Source of the DNA: Nitrospirota bacterium
GTDB lineage: Bacteria; Nitrospirota; Nitrospiria; Nitrospirales; UBA8639
Assembly: GCA_003235785.1 (NCBI GenBank)
Contig: QJYE01000022.1
Coordinates: forward strand, 1 to 38,276
DNA length: 38,276 nucleotides
Reading direction: 5' to 3'
Positions 29,621 to 38,276 of the stretch are shown piece after piece; position 1 is the stretch's first letter, and each line of letters opens with the position of its first letter. The translations under genes and the position numbers were made by a program. The notes beneath the pieces were generated by a model. That model ran no database searches. It saw nothing but the letters and a program-made list of their open reading frames with translations, and had not been told where the DNA came from.

Positions 29621-30535
29621 ATGAATGATGTGCATGTTCCTGTTCTGGCTGAAGAAATTTGCTATTGGCTTAGCCCAAAAGCAGGTGGAATTTATGTCGA
29701 TTGTACCTTGGGGATGGGGGGAACTTCATTAAAAATACTCGAAAGAGCGGGGAATAATGCTTATCTTGTTGGTTTGGATAGGGATCCTGAGGCCGTGGCT
29801 TATGCGGAGAAAAACTTAGAGCCCTATAGTCAATTTGTGAAGATTTATCATGGGAATTACTCCCACCTCATTGAATTTGTGCACCAAGCAGGTTTTGAGA
29901 AGGTTGATGGCGTGGTCTTTGATTTAGGGGTGTCCTCATTGCAATTCGATAAGCCGGAACGAGGATTCAGCTTTTCTTCGGATGGTCCTTTGGATATGCG
30001 CATGAACCAAACGCAAGGTCCCAAAGCCGCAGATCTGGTGAATTGTCTTTCTGAAAAGGAATTAGCCGATTTGTTGTTTGTCTGTGGTGAGGAGCGATTT
30101 TCTCGACGCATTGCCCGAGCGATTGTGGAGGCAAGAAAAACCTACGCATTGGATACGACTCAAGCACTTGTCGCGGTGATAAAAGGTGCTGTTCCTTCAG
30201 CCTATAGAAGAGGGCGGATTCATTGTGCCACGCGGACTTTCCAGGCTCTTCGTATTCGGGTGAATCAGGAGTTGGATCTTCTGCAACCTGCTTTGCAGGA
30301 TGCGGTGAGTCTCTTGAAAGAAGGTGGACGGTTATGTGTGGTGGCCTTTCATTCATTGGAAGATCGGCTGGTCAAGCATTTGTTCCGGTCCTTAGCTGGA
30401 GGAGATCATCCCACCATCACTGTCCTGACGAAGAGGCCGATCACGGCTGATGAGCAGGAAATTCAAGAAAATCCGCGTGCGAGAAGTGCCAAATTGCGGG
30501 TGGTGCAACGCTTACCGGAAGAAGCGCTCTCATGA
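29621..30535 (+). CDS. rsmH: 16S rRNA m4C1402 methyltransferase RsmH
   Basis: HVPVL, DCTLGMGG, DLGVSSLQ, RGFSF, PLDMRM, FQALRI, FHSLEDR, NPRARSAKLR. Confidence 0.97.
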   Translation: MNDVHVPVLAEEICYWLSPKAGGIYVDCTLGMGGTSLKILERAGNNAYLVGLDRDPEAVAYAEKNLEPYSQFVKIYHGNYSHLIEFVHQAGFEKVDGVVFDLGVSSLQFDKPERGFSFSSDGPLDMRMNQTQGPKAADLVNCLSEKELADLLFVCGEERFSRRIARAIVEARKTYALDTTQALVAVIKGAVPSAYRRGRIHCATRTFQALRIRVNQELDLLQPALQDAVSLLKEGGRLCVVAFHSLEDRLVKHLFRSLAGGDHPTITVLTKRPITADEQEIQENPRARSAKLRVVQRLPEEALS

Positions 30536-30879
30536 AAAAAAATGTCTTGCTGGGCATTATGATTGTCATGGGAGTTTGGTGCCTGTTGTATGTCGGAATC
30601 AAGATTGATATGTGGCGTCTCGGCTATGACATGGAGGATTTGGTGACCCAACGGACTCTTCTCAAGAAACGGCAGGAGATGTTGCACGTCCGGTTGTCAG
30701 AACTCACAGATCCGCAACGAATTGCTCGGCGAGCGCATGATGAATTAGGGCTTATCGTGCCGCAAGAAGGGCAAGTGGTGATGATTTCCCTCGATACGAA
30801 TTCTTCGTCGGAGGCGGATGCCGGTTCGCCGGCGCAATTAGTTCAGAAAATTTCAGATTCATTGTGGGGGCTACCATGA
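30532..30879 (+). CDS. ftsL: Cell division protein FtsL-like
   Basis: TM segment, coiled coil, LTDPQRIARRAHDELGL; ATGA overlaps on both sides; sits between rsmH and ftsI. Confidence 0.8.
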   Translation: MKKNVLLGIMIVMGVWCLLYVGIKIDMWRLGYDMEDLVTQRTLLKKRQEMLHVRLSELTDPQRIARRAHDELGLIVPQEGQVVMISLDTNSSSEADAGSPAQLVQKISDSLWGLP

Positions 30880-32645
30880 GCGCGAACACCCAAGACATTC
30901 ACCCTATTTGTAAGATGCGTAGCGGCATTGTGTGCCTCTGTCTGCTCTTCGGATTTGGTTTGATCGGGTGTCGGTTGTTTTATTTGCAGGTTTTTCAGTC
31001 TGACGCGGGTGCGCATCAAGTGCAGCAGCAACATCAGCGAACGTTGGTTGTTCAGCCTGACCGGGGGGTAATCGTTGATCGCCAAGGTCATCCGTTGGCC
31101 ATGAATGTTGATGTGCCTTCCGTCTATGTCAATCTCGGCTCTCTCAAGGATCCGAAGCAAACCGCACGAGCCTTAGCGCCGGTTCTGGATATGCCTGTTA
31201 CCCAACTACGCCAGATGTTTCAGCAATCGCAATCGCGTGTCCGGATCAAGCGGCAAATTCCTGAAGATATAGCCAAGCGGGTAGAGGCGATGGCAATCCC
31301 GGGCGTGGAAGTGACCAGAAGCCCGCATCGTTTTTACCCCAAAGGAGAGTTGGGTTCTCATATTGTAGGTTTTGCGGGTGATGATAATCAGGGGTTGGAA
31401 GGGATTGAGTTTCATTATGAGTCCTATTTGCGTGGAGAGAAGAACTTGGTGCAGTACCAGCGGGATGCCAAGGGTGGGATGATTTCATCGCTCGGTAACC
31501 ATGGTTCTACGAGCCCTCTCACGGGGTATCATGTCACGCTGACGATTGATGAAGTGATCCAATTTATTGCCGAAGATGAATTGGCCAAAGCGGTTCGGCA
31601 GAGTGGAGCAAAATCCGGAACGATTTTAATCATGGATCCCATGACTGGTGCAATTTTAGCGTGGGCCCTGTATCCCACGTTTGATCCCAATCACTTCAGG
31701 AAGCTTTCTGCGAAAGATTGGAGAAATTGGGCGGTGACGGATCCCTATGAGCCAGGGTCGACGTTGAAGATGGTGGTGGCTGCCGCAGCCTTGGAAGAGG
31801 GAATCATGGAGCCGGACACTTTGATCTATGGAGGTGATGGGCAAATGTCCGTAGCCGGTACTATTGTCCATGATCACGCTAAGTCCAGCTGGATGACCTT
31901 CACGGAAGCCGTGGCGCATTCTAGTAATGTGGGAGTCATTAAGGTGGCGGTCGAATTAGGCCCAGCGCGGATGCTGCAATATCTGAAAGCGTTTGGGTTT
32001 GGAGAGAAAACGGGCATAGACCTTTCAGGGGAATCATCAGGGATTTTGCGTGAACTCAACGAATGGAGTGGCCGAAGTCTCTCCTCCTTAGCCATGGGGC
32101 AGGAAATCGCCGTCACCCCGATCCAAATGGTCACGGCGATGTCTGTGGTGGCCAATGGGGGGTGGTTGATGACGCCACATGTAGTGTCTTCGGTTATGGA
32201 TGGGCATGGGCAATCGATACTCACGACAGATCTGGAGCCAAGGCGACGACCCATTTCGGCTCAAACCGCCACACGCCTGAGCCGTATTCTTGAAACGGTG
32301 GTTGAAAGCGGGACCGGGAAGCAGGCCAAATTGGTGGGATATCGTGCCGCTGGCAAGACCGGAACTTCGCAAAAAGTTGATCCTCAATCAGGCACCTATT
32401 CGTCATCAAATGTGATTGCGTCGTTTGTGGGATTTGTGCCCGTTGAGCAGCCACGTCTCGCAATGTTGGTTGTCATCGATGAGCCGGAAGTGGGGCCATG
32501 GGGTGGAGAAGCAGCCGCACCGGTCTTTGGGAGCGTGGCGAAGCGAGTCTTGCCACATTTGGGAATTTTGCCCGGTGGGGCCCAATTGATTCAAGCGGCA
32601 TTCTCATCTTCTCAGTCGCCCTCTCTACAAACTGTTGTGCAGTAA
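30876..32645 (+). CDS. ftsI: Peptidoglycan D,D-transpeptidase FtsI (PBP3)
   Basis: RGVIVDR, GLEGIE, EPGSTLK (SxxK), SSN, KTGT. Confidence 0.95.
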   Translation: MSANTQDIHPICKMRSGIVCLCLLFGFGLIGCRLFYLQVFQSDAGAHQVQQQHQRTLVVQPDRGVIVDRQGHPLAMNVDVPSVYVNLGSLKDPKQTARALAPVLDMPVTQLRQMFQQSQSRVRIKRQIPEDIAKRVEAMAIPGVEVTRSPHRFYPKGELGSHIVGFAGDDNQGLEGIEFHYESYLRGEKNLVQYQRDAKGGMISSLGNHGSTSPLTGYHVTLTIDEVIQFIAEDELAKAVRQSGAKSGTILIMDPMTGAILAWALYPTFDPNHFRKLSAKDWRNWAVTDPYEPGSTLKMVVAAAALEEGIMEPDTLIYGGDGQMSVAGTIVHDHAKSSWMTFTEAVAHSSNVGVIKVAVELGPARMLQYLKAFGFGEKTGIDLSGESSGILRELNEWSGRSLSSLAMGQEIAVTPIQMVTAMSVVANGGWLMTPHVVSSVMDGHGQSILTTDLEPRRRPISAQTATRLSRILETVVESGTGKQAKLVGYRAAGKTGTSQKVDPQSGTYSSSNVIASFVGFVPVEQPRLAMLVVIDEPEVGPWGGEAAAPVFGSVAKRVLPHLGILPGGAQLIQAAFSSSQSPSLQTVVQ

Positions 32646-32648
32646 GCC

Positions 32649-34166
32649 GTGACACTTCAAGAATTACTCCGTCCACTAGATACCGTGAAGACTCATGGCA
32701 ATCTTCATTCTGAGGTCCTTTCGATTACCGAACAATCACGTGATGTCCGGCCTGGTTCGGTCTTTGTGGCCATAAAGGGAACACATCAAGATGGGCATGA
32801 TTTTGTGAGTCAGGCACTTGCCCAGGGAGCGGTGGCTGTCGTGGTGGAAGCGGAGGCGTTCCAGCAAGTGCAGCTTGAGTCTCTGGTGGAGGCGGGGGCA
32901 TTCATTCACGTCAACAACTCCCGCAGGGCGTTGGGAGTCCTTGCTTCTCAGTTTTATGGGAGGCCGTCGTTTCAACTGAAAATGATTGGTGTCACGGGGA
33001 CGAACGGAAAAACTACGGTGACGCATCTGGCTAAATCCTTATTGGAAGCCCATGGGCAACGGGTTGGATTGCTTGGGACCATCGGGTATGTGTTTGGGGG
33101 AGAGCAACGTCCGGCATCCCATACTACTCCGGCTCCTGTACAACTTCAGGAAATGTTAGGAGAGATGGTCTGTGCGGGGATAGATGTCGCCGTGCTGGAA
33201 GTCTCTTCGCATGCGTTGGCCTTAGACCGGGTCGCGGGCTGTGAGTTTGATGTCGTGGTGTTTACGAATTTAACTCAGGACCATTTAGATTTTCATCAGA
33301 CGATGGAGAGTTATTTTGATTCGAAACTCCGCTTATTTACAGACTATGTGGATGGCGGGCAGAAGGCTGGTCCTAAACGAGCCTTAATCAATATGGATGA
33401 TCCGTGGGCTCCGTTGATTCTTCAACAATGCGCTATTCCCGTCTGGACATTTGGGCTCCATGCCAAAGCGGATATTCACGCAGAAGCAATTCAGTTAGGT
33501 ATGGATGGCACGCAGTTTATGGTTAATAGCCCTCTCGGGCGTATGACCATCACCAGTCAATTGGTGGGCGAACATAATGTGTCCAATATGTTGGCCGCTA
33601 TTGGGATTGGATTAGAGATGGGGATGTCCACCGCCCGCATTGAGCAGGCCTTGCAGTCAGTTACGAATGTTCCCGGGCGTTTTGAACGCATTCAAGAAGA
33701 TCAGGATTTTGGGGTGGTCGTCGATTACGCGCATACCGATGATGCCTTGAAGCGTTTGCTGGATGCTGGCCAGACTGTCAAGCAGGGGCGAATCATTACG
33801 GTGTTCGGGTGTGGAGGCGATCGAGATCCGGGGAAGCGGTCCAAGATGGGGCAAGTGGCCGTAAAACATAGTGATCTCGTCATTGTCACTTCTGACAATC
33901 CACGGACGGAGGACCCGCAAGCCATTCTTGCTGATATTGAGGAAGGGATTGAAGCCCTCTCCTCTGAGGAGCGATGTCCTTATCGCATGATTGCTGATCG
34001 GGCCGAAGCCATCCAGGCTGCCATTGAAGCGGCCAACTCGGGCGATCTTGTCTTGATTGCGGGGAAGGGGCATGAAGATTATCAAATTCTTGGAACACAG
34101 AAAATTCATTTTGATGATCGGGAGGAAGCCCGAAAGGCCATTCGGCATCGAATGGCTTCACGATAA
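32649..34166 (+). CDS. murE: UDP-MurNAc-tripeptide synthetase MurE (meso-DAP type)
   Basis: GVTGTNGKTT, EVSSH, TNLTQDHLD, DYAHT, DNPR, GKGHE. Confidence 0.97.
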   Translation: MTLQELLRPLDTVKTHGNLHSEVLSITEQSRDVRPGSVFVAIKGTHQDGHDFVSQALAQGAVAVVVEAEAFQQVQLESLVEAGAFIHVNNSRRALGVLASQFYGRPSFQLKMIGVTGTNGKTTVTHLAKSLLEAHGQRVGLLGTIGYVFGGEQRPASHTTPAPVQLQEMLGEMVCAGIDVAVLEVSSHALALDRVAGCEFDVVVFTNLTQDHLDFHQTMESYFDSKLRLFTDYVDGGQKAGPKRALINMDDPWAPLILQQCAIPVWTFGLHAKADIHAEAIQLGMDGTQFMVNSPLGRMTITSQLVGEHNVSNMLAAIGIGLEMGMSTARIEQALQSVTNVPGRFERIQEDQDFGVVVDYAHTDDALKRLLDAGQTVKQGRIITVFGCGGDRDPGKRSKMGQVAVKHSDLVIVTSDNPRTEDPQAILADIEEGIEALSSEERCPYRMIADRAEAIQAAIEAANSGDLVLIAGKGHEDYQILGTQKIHFDDREEARKAIRHRMASR

Positions 34167-34183
34167 TTCGGATTACCGACTCC

Positions 34184-35590
34184 ATGGCAACCTTTGAGGT
34201 GGATGACGTGTTGGCAGCGACGCAAGGCATCTTACTCACGCAAGAACCCAAAGGAAGGTTTCGTGGGGTGGAAACGGATTCTCGAGCCGTCAAGCCAGGT
34301 GATTTGTTTGTTGCTCTTCAAGGCGAGAATTTTGATGGCCATGAATTTATTGGACAAGCCTGGCAAAAGGGGGCCAAGGGGGTCGTCGTGGAAGAGACGA
34401 GGGTTGGGAATGTTTTAAAAATCCGGCAGAAGAGGAATCAGGATTCTCTGGCCGTGTTCGGCGTGGCCAAAACTCTTCGGGCCTACCAGGATTTAGCGCA
34501 GTTCCATCGCGCACGGTTCTCCATCCCTGTTATTGCCATCACCGGAAGTAATGGGAAGACGACGACGAAGGAAATGGTCAGTCGAGTCTTAGGGACTCGG
34601 TGGCGGGTTCTGCAAACGCATGGGAATTTCAATAATGCCATTGGCGTTCCCAAGACTCTGTTGGGTCTTCAGGCAAGGCATCAGGCGGCTGTGATTGAAA
34701 TGGGCGTGGATCAGGTAGGGCAGACCACTCGACTCTGTGATATGGCCAGGCCAACGTTGGGTGTTGTGACGAATGTCGGGCCAGACCATTTAGAGTTTTA
34801 TAAAACGATGGCGCGTTCGGCGGCGTCTAAAGCCGAATTGTTCGACTGGCTGCCCAGTGATGGTGCAGCCATTTTAAATGCGGATGACCGGTATTTTCCC
34901 CAATTTTTGAAAAAAGTGGGTTGCCCGGTTATTTCCTTTGGGTTGGCACATTCTGCCGATGTGCAAGCCACCAAGGCCGTCTGGAATGGGCGGCAAACCG
35001 CCTTTCGTCTATGGTTGCCGAATCGGAAGACCAGCCAACACGCTCAGGTGCGAACCATGGGTTTGCATAATATCTCGAATGCGCTGGCCGGAGCGGCGGT
35101 GGGGCATGCGTTGGGCCTTTCTGCAGCTGATATTGTGTCCGGGTTGGCGAAATTTCGTCCAGCACCCATGCGATCAGAAGTACGTCGATATGGAGGCGTG
35201 ACGTATCTTTATGATTGTTATAACGCCAATCCTGCCTCGGTAAAAGCTGCGCTGAATGTCTTGGTTGAACTGGATCCTCAGCGACGAACAATTGCGGTCC
35301 TGGGGGAGATGCTGGAACTGGGGCCCAAGGAGGCGCAATTTCATGAGGAGATTGGTCGTTACGCAGCAAAGAACCATGTTGGTCATCTGATTGCTTGTGG
35401 AGCCTTTGGCGTCATGATGCAGAAAGGTGCGCTGAGTGTACGAAAAAATATGGATGTCACCGTCGTCAAGGATGCCTTAGAGGCAGGAGCATGTTTGAAA
35501 ACGCTTGTGAAGCGTGGTGACATGGTTTTGATTAAAGCCTCAAGAGGCGCAAAAATGGAACGTGTGTTTGATGTGCTTCAGCCACGGTAA
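34184..35590 (+). CDS. murF: UDP-MurNAc-pentapeptide synthetase MurF
   Basis: TDSR, ITGSNGKTTTK, GNFNN, DCYNANP, GEMLELG, KASRG. Confidence 0.97.
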   Translation: MATFEVDDVLAATQGILLTQEPKGRFRGVETDSRAVKPGDLFVALQGENFDGHEFIGQAWQKGAKGVVVEETRVGNVLKIRQKRNQDSLAVFGVAKTLRAYQDLAQFHRARFSIPVIAITGSNGKTTTKEMVSRVLGTRWRVLQTHGNFNNAIGVPKTLLGLQARHQAAVIEMGVDQVGQTTRLCDMARPTLGVVTNVGPDHLEFYKTMARSAASKAELFDWLPSDGAAILNADDRYFPQFLKKVGCPVISFGLAHSADVQATKAVWNGRQTAFRLWLPNRKTSQHAQVRTMGLHNISNALAGAAVGHALGLSAADIVSGLAKFRPAPMRSEVRRYGGVTYLYDCYNANPASVKAALNVLVELDPQRRTIAVLGEMLELGPKEAQFHEEIGRYAAKNHVGHLIACGAFGVMMQKGALSVRKNMDVTVVKDALEAGACLKTLVKRGDMVLIKASRGAKMERVFDVLQPR

Positions 35591-35730
35591 TAGGGATTGA
35601 AATACTTTTGAACAGAGGTCCCATGCAAATTGCGAAAAGACATGCACAACGAACATTCACGAGAGACGAATGTCCATGTTTGACCAAACACAATTTTTTT
35701 ATCTTTAAAGGTATTACAACGTAAATCCAT

Positions 35731-36807
35731 ATGCTGTATTTGTGGTTATATCCTCTTCGTGATGAGTTTGCGATTTTCAATGTCTTTCGCTACCTCAGTT
35801 TCCGCATGATTTATGCGGCGCTTACCGCCTTTCTTATTGTTTTTTTCCTGGCTCCGCCTGTCATCAAGAAATTGCAAACCCTGGGGTTAGGGCAAAAGAT
35901 CCGGACTGATGGGCCGCAATCACATTTTGGTAAATCCGGCACTCCAACGATGGGAGGGATGCTAATTCTCTTCTCTGTTTTAGCGGCCACGCTGTTATGG
36001 GCCGATGTGTCTAATTATTACGTCTGGCTGGTCATGTTGGCGCTTGTTGGTTTCGGCATGATCGGGTTTGTCGATGATTATATTAAAATCTTACGAGGGC
36101 GGTCAGAAGGGTTAACCCCCACGCAAAAGTTTGTCGGACAGTTAGGCGTGGGGTTGGGCATTGGATTGTTTTTTTATCTTTCCCCGGCCTATTCCACTGA
36201 ACTCAGTGTCCCGTTTTTTAAAAATTTCAATCCCGACTTAGGGATACTCTACATCCCGTTTGCGGTATTGGTCATTGTGGGATGTTCCAATGCGGTGAAC
36301 TTGACGGATGGCTTGGATGGTTTAGCGGTTGGGCCGGTAATTATTGCCGCGATGGCCTATACCGTGGTGGCTTGGGCCGTTGGCAATCGGCTGGTCTCAG
36401 ACTATCTCTTGATCCCGCATATTGAAGGAGCGGGCGAATTAGCCGTCTTGACGGCATCCATTATTGGGTCAGGGCTCGGATTCCTGTGGTTCAATACTTA
36501 TCCGGCGTCGGTGTTTATGGGTGATGTGGGTTCATTACCGCTGGGCGCGGCGTTGGGAACGGTGGCTGTGGTTTGCAAGCATGAATTGTTATTGGTGCTC
36601 GTGGGTGGTGTGTTTGTGATGGAGGCCGTGTCTGTGATTTTCCAGGTGATTTCATTTAAGTCCCGTGGAAAGCGGATTTTTCTGATGGCGCCCCTGCATC
36701 ATCATTTTGAAATGAAAGGGTGGGAAGAACCCAAAGTTGTGGTTCGTCTTTGGATTATTGCCATTATTCTTGGATTGTTGAGTATCAGCACATTGAAATT
36801 ACGTTAA
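35731..36807 (+). CDS. mraY: Phospho-MurNAc-pentapeptide transferase MraY
   Basis: [41 protein letters not shown]. Confidence 0.98.
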   Translation: MLYLWLYPLRDEFAIFNVFRYLSFRMIYAALTAFLIVFFLAPPVIKKLQTLGLGQKIRTDGPQSHFGKSGTPTMGGMLILFSVLAATLLWADVSNYYVWLVMLALVGFGMIGFVDDYIKILRGRSEGLTPTQKFVGQLGVGLGIGLFFYLSPAYSTELSVPFFKNFNPDLGILYIPFAVLVIVGCSNAVNLTDGLDGLAVGPVIIAAMAYTVVAWAVGNRLVSDYLLIPHIEGAGELAVLTASIIGSGLGFLWFNTYPASVFMGDVGSLPLGAALGTVAVVCKHELLLVLVGGVFVMEAVSVIFQVISFKSRGKRIFLMAPLHHHFEMKGWEEPKVVVRLWIIAIILGLLSISTLKLR

Positions 36808-36815
36808 GGGTCTCA

Positions 36816-38237
36816 ATGAAACCCTCTGGAGTCATGGAACAGGTGAAGACTACTCCGGTGCTTCCAACAATCAACTGGATGCAGACGCATGTGGCGGTGT
36901 TGGGGATGGGTCGCAGTGGGCAGTCCGCGGCTGATCTCCTTTTGGATCGAGGTGCGACAGTGACCCTGGTCGAGGAGCAGCCGCGCTCTGACCTTGAGGT
37001 GTTAAGAGCCAAGTATAGGGCACGAGTGGCAAAGATGTTTTTCGGGGGTCATGATGCCTCATTCTTGGCCCAGGTTGAGGTGTTGGTGGTCAGCCCTGGG
37101 GTGCCTGTGGACCATCCGCTCCTGCAGCAAGCCCGTCAGCAGAATATTGTGGTGATGGGAGAAATTGAATTAGCCGCCTGTTTTCTCCAGGCTCCGATTA
37201 TTGCCGTCACTGGCACTAATGGGAAAAGCACAACGGTTCGTCTCATCGGATCGATCCTGCAGGCAAGTGGGAAGCATGCCTTTGTGGGAGGCAATCTTGG
37301 CCTTCCCCTCTGTGAAGCTGTGCCACGGTCAACGAGTCTTTCTCCAGCATTGGACTATGACTACATTGTGGCTGAGGTCTCCAGTTTTCAACTGGAAACA
37401 ATACAGCGGTTTAAGCCATGGATTGCTGTGCTGTTGAATGTGACGCCGGATCATCTTGACCGGCATCCCACTCAAGAAGCGTATCAGGCGGCCAAGCGGC
37501 GGATCTTTGAAAATCAAACAGATCAGGATTGGATGCTCATTAATGCTGACGACCCTAATGTGAGGTCGATGGCTGTTGAGGCCAAATCGCGTCTCTGCGA
37601 ATTTAGCCTATGCCACGATGTGGCTCAAGGGATCTATCAGGAAGGTTCAATGATACGGGCGCGATTGGCGGGGACAGCCGACCTCGTCATAGACCGTGCC
37701 GACATCCCTATGCGTGGGCAACATAATGTGTCGAATGCGATGGTTGCGCTCTATGTCGGCCTCCTCTGTGGATGTTCGCGAGAAGCGATGGTGATGGGAC
37801 TCAAGGCTCTTCCTACCTTTGAACATGCCTTGGAGCCTGTTCGGACATGGCAGGGCCTGACGTTCGTGAATGATTCCAAGGGAACAAATGTGGATGCAAC
37901 GTTGAAGGCGTTGCAAAGCTTTGAACAACCGATGGTATTGATTCTTGGAGGAAAAGACAAGGGAGGGGATTTTCGCAATTTGTTGGAGACGATTCATGCC
38001 GGCGTGAAGGGGCTTGTCGTCATAGGGGAAGCTGCTAATCGGATTGTTGAGGAGCTGGCGGGCAGTACGACGATTGTTCGCGCCACGAGCTTAGAAGATG
38101 CCGTGTCACAAGCCATTAGGTTAGCGTCGAATGGGGATGTGGTGCTGTTTTCACCGGCTTGTTCCAGTTTCGATATGTTTCTGAACTATCATCAGCGGGG
38201 TCTTGAGTTTAAGCGGATCGTCCAGGAGCTGCAATAA
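36816..38237 (+). CDS. murD: UDP-MurNAc-L-Ala:D-Glu ligase MurD
   Basis: GMGRSG, VSPG, TGTNGKST, EVSSFQL, DHLDRH, NDSKGTN, SPACSSFD; start set at the first ATG after the mraY stop. Confidence 0.96.
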   Translation: MKPSGVMEQVKTTPVLPTINWMQTHVAVLGMGRSGQSAADLLLDRGATVTLVEEQPRSDLEVLRAKYRARVAKMFFGGHDASFLAQVEVLVVSPGVPVDHPLLQQARQQNIVVMGEIELAACFLQAPIIAVTGTNGKSTTVRLIGSILQASGKHAFVGGNLGLPLCEAVPRSTSLSPALDYDYIVAEVSSFQLETIQRFKPWIAVLLNVTPDHLDRHPTQEAYQAAKRRIFENQTDQDWMLINADDPNVRSMAVEAKSRLCEFSLCHDVAQGIYQEGSMIRARLAGTADLVIDRADIPMRGQHNVSNAMVALYVGLLCGCSREAMVMGLKALPTFEHALEPVRTWQGLTFVNDSKGTNVDATLKALQSFEQPMVLILGGKDKGGDFRNLLETIHAGVKGLVVIGEAANRIVEELAGSTTIVRATSLEDAVSQAIRLASNGDVVLFSPACSSFDMFLNYHQRGLEFKRIVQELQ

Positions 38238-38276
38238 ATGAGTGTGGCCACGTTGCTTCGACGGAAAAATGCGCAT
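38238..38276 (+). CDS. 5' end of the next dcw gene (probably ftsW, by synteny only)
   Basis: ATG immediately after the murD TAA; open frame MSVATLLRRKNAH to the window end. Confidence 0.4.
   Translation, partial: MSVATLLRRKNAH

Noticed and set aside
36720-36815. Extended N-termini in the ORF track for murD (also zapB 19875, zapA 20149, ftsI 30864)
   Set aside because: They overlap upstream genes; downstream starts fit SD, coupling and family lengths better.
1-38276. Genome-wide amber (TAG) reassignment
   Set aside because: TAG ends rny, the 4997..5383 receiver, the 14521..16368 kinase and the rhodanese at plausible family C-termini; only one internal TAG was found.

Overview
Bacterial chromosomal window of roughly balanced GC. 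The gene order and repeat style resemble Nitrospirales, but this is an inference from recall, not a search. Left (1-10089, minus strand): an Aas-type MFS-PlsC-acyl-ACP synthetase fusion, an amidohydrolase, two paralogous single-domain response regulators, a CheC-like phosphatase and a large hybrid kinase (5 PAS-HisKA-HATPase-REC-REC-Hpt) that runs off the window. The kinase is one frame broken by a single in-frame TAG at 2858-2860; the ORF track misses 1-2857. Middle (10495-17395, plus strand): an all-cytoplasmic cluster of four kinases or kinase-like proteins (three paralogues with an atypical H-box), an output-less receiver, two degenerate receivers and a truncated HDOD protein. Right: housekeeping genes. 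These are a TPR-Slt lytic transglycosylase frameshifted at a G10 run, zapB-like, zapA, a 727-bp palindrome-rich gap, rny, ymdB-like, xseAB, tlyA, an NAD epimerase, a rhodanese, asnS, a nested palindromic MITE-like element, and a dcw cluster (rsmH to murD) that keeps MraZ-like boxes but has no mraZ. No CRISPR array, rRNA, tRNA, transposase or phage genes were seen. The best candidate for an uncharacterised system is the paired signalling island; its novelty cannot be confirmed without searches.
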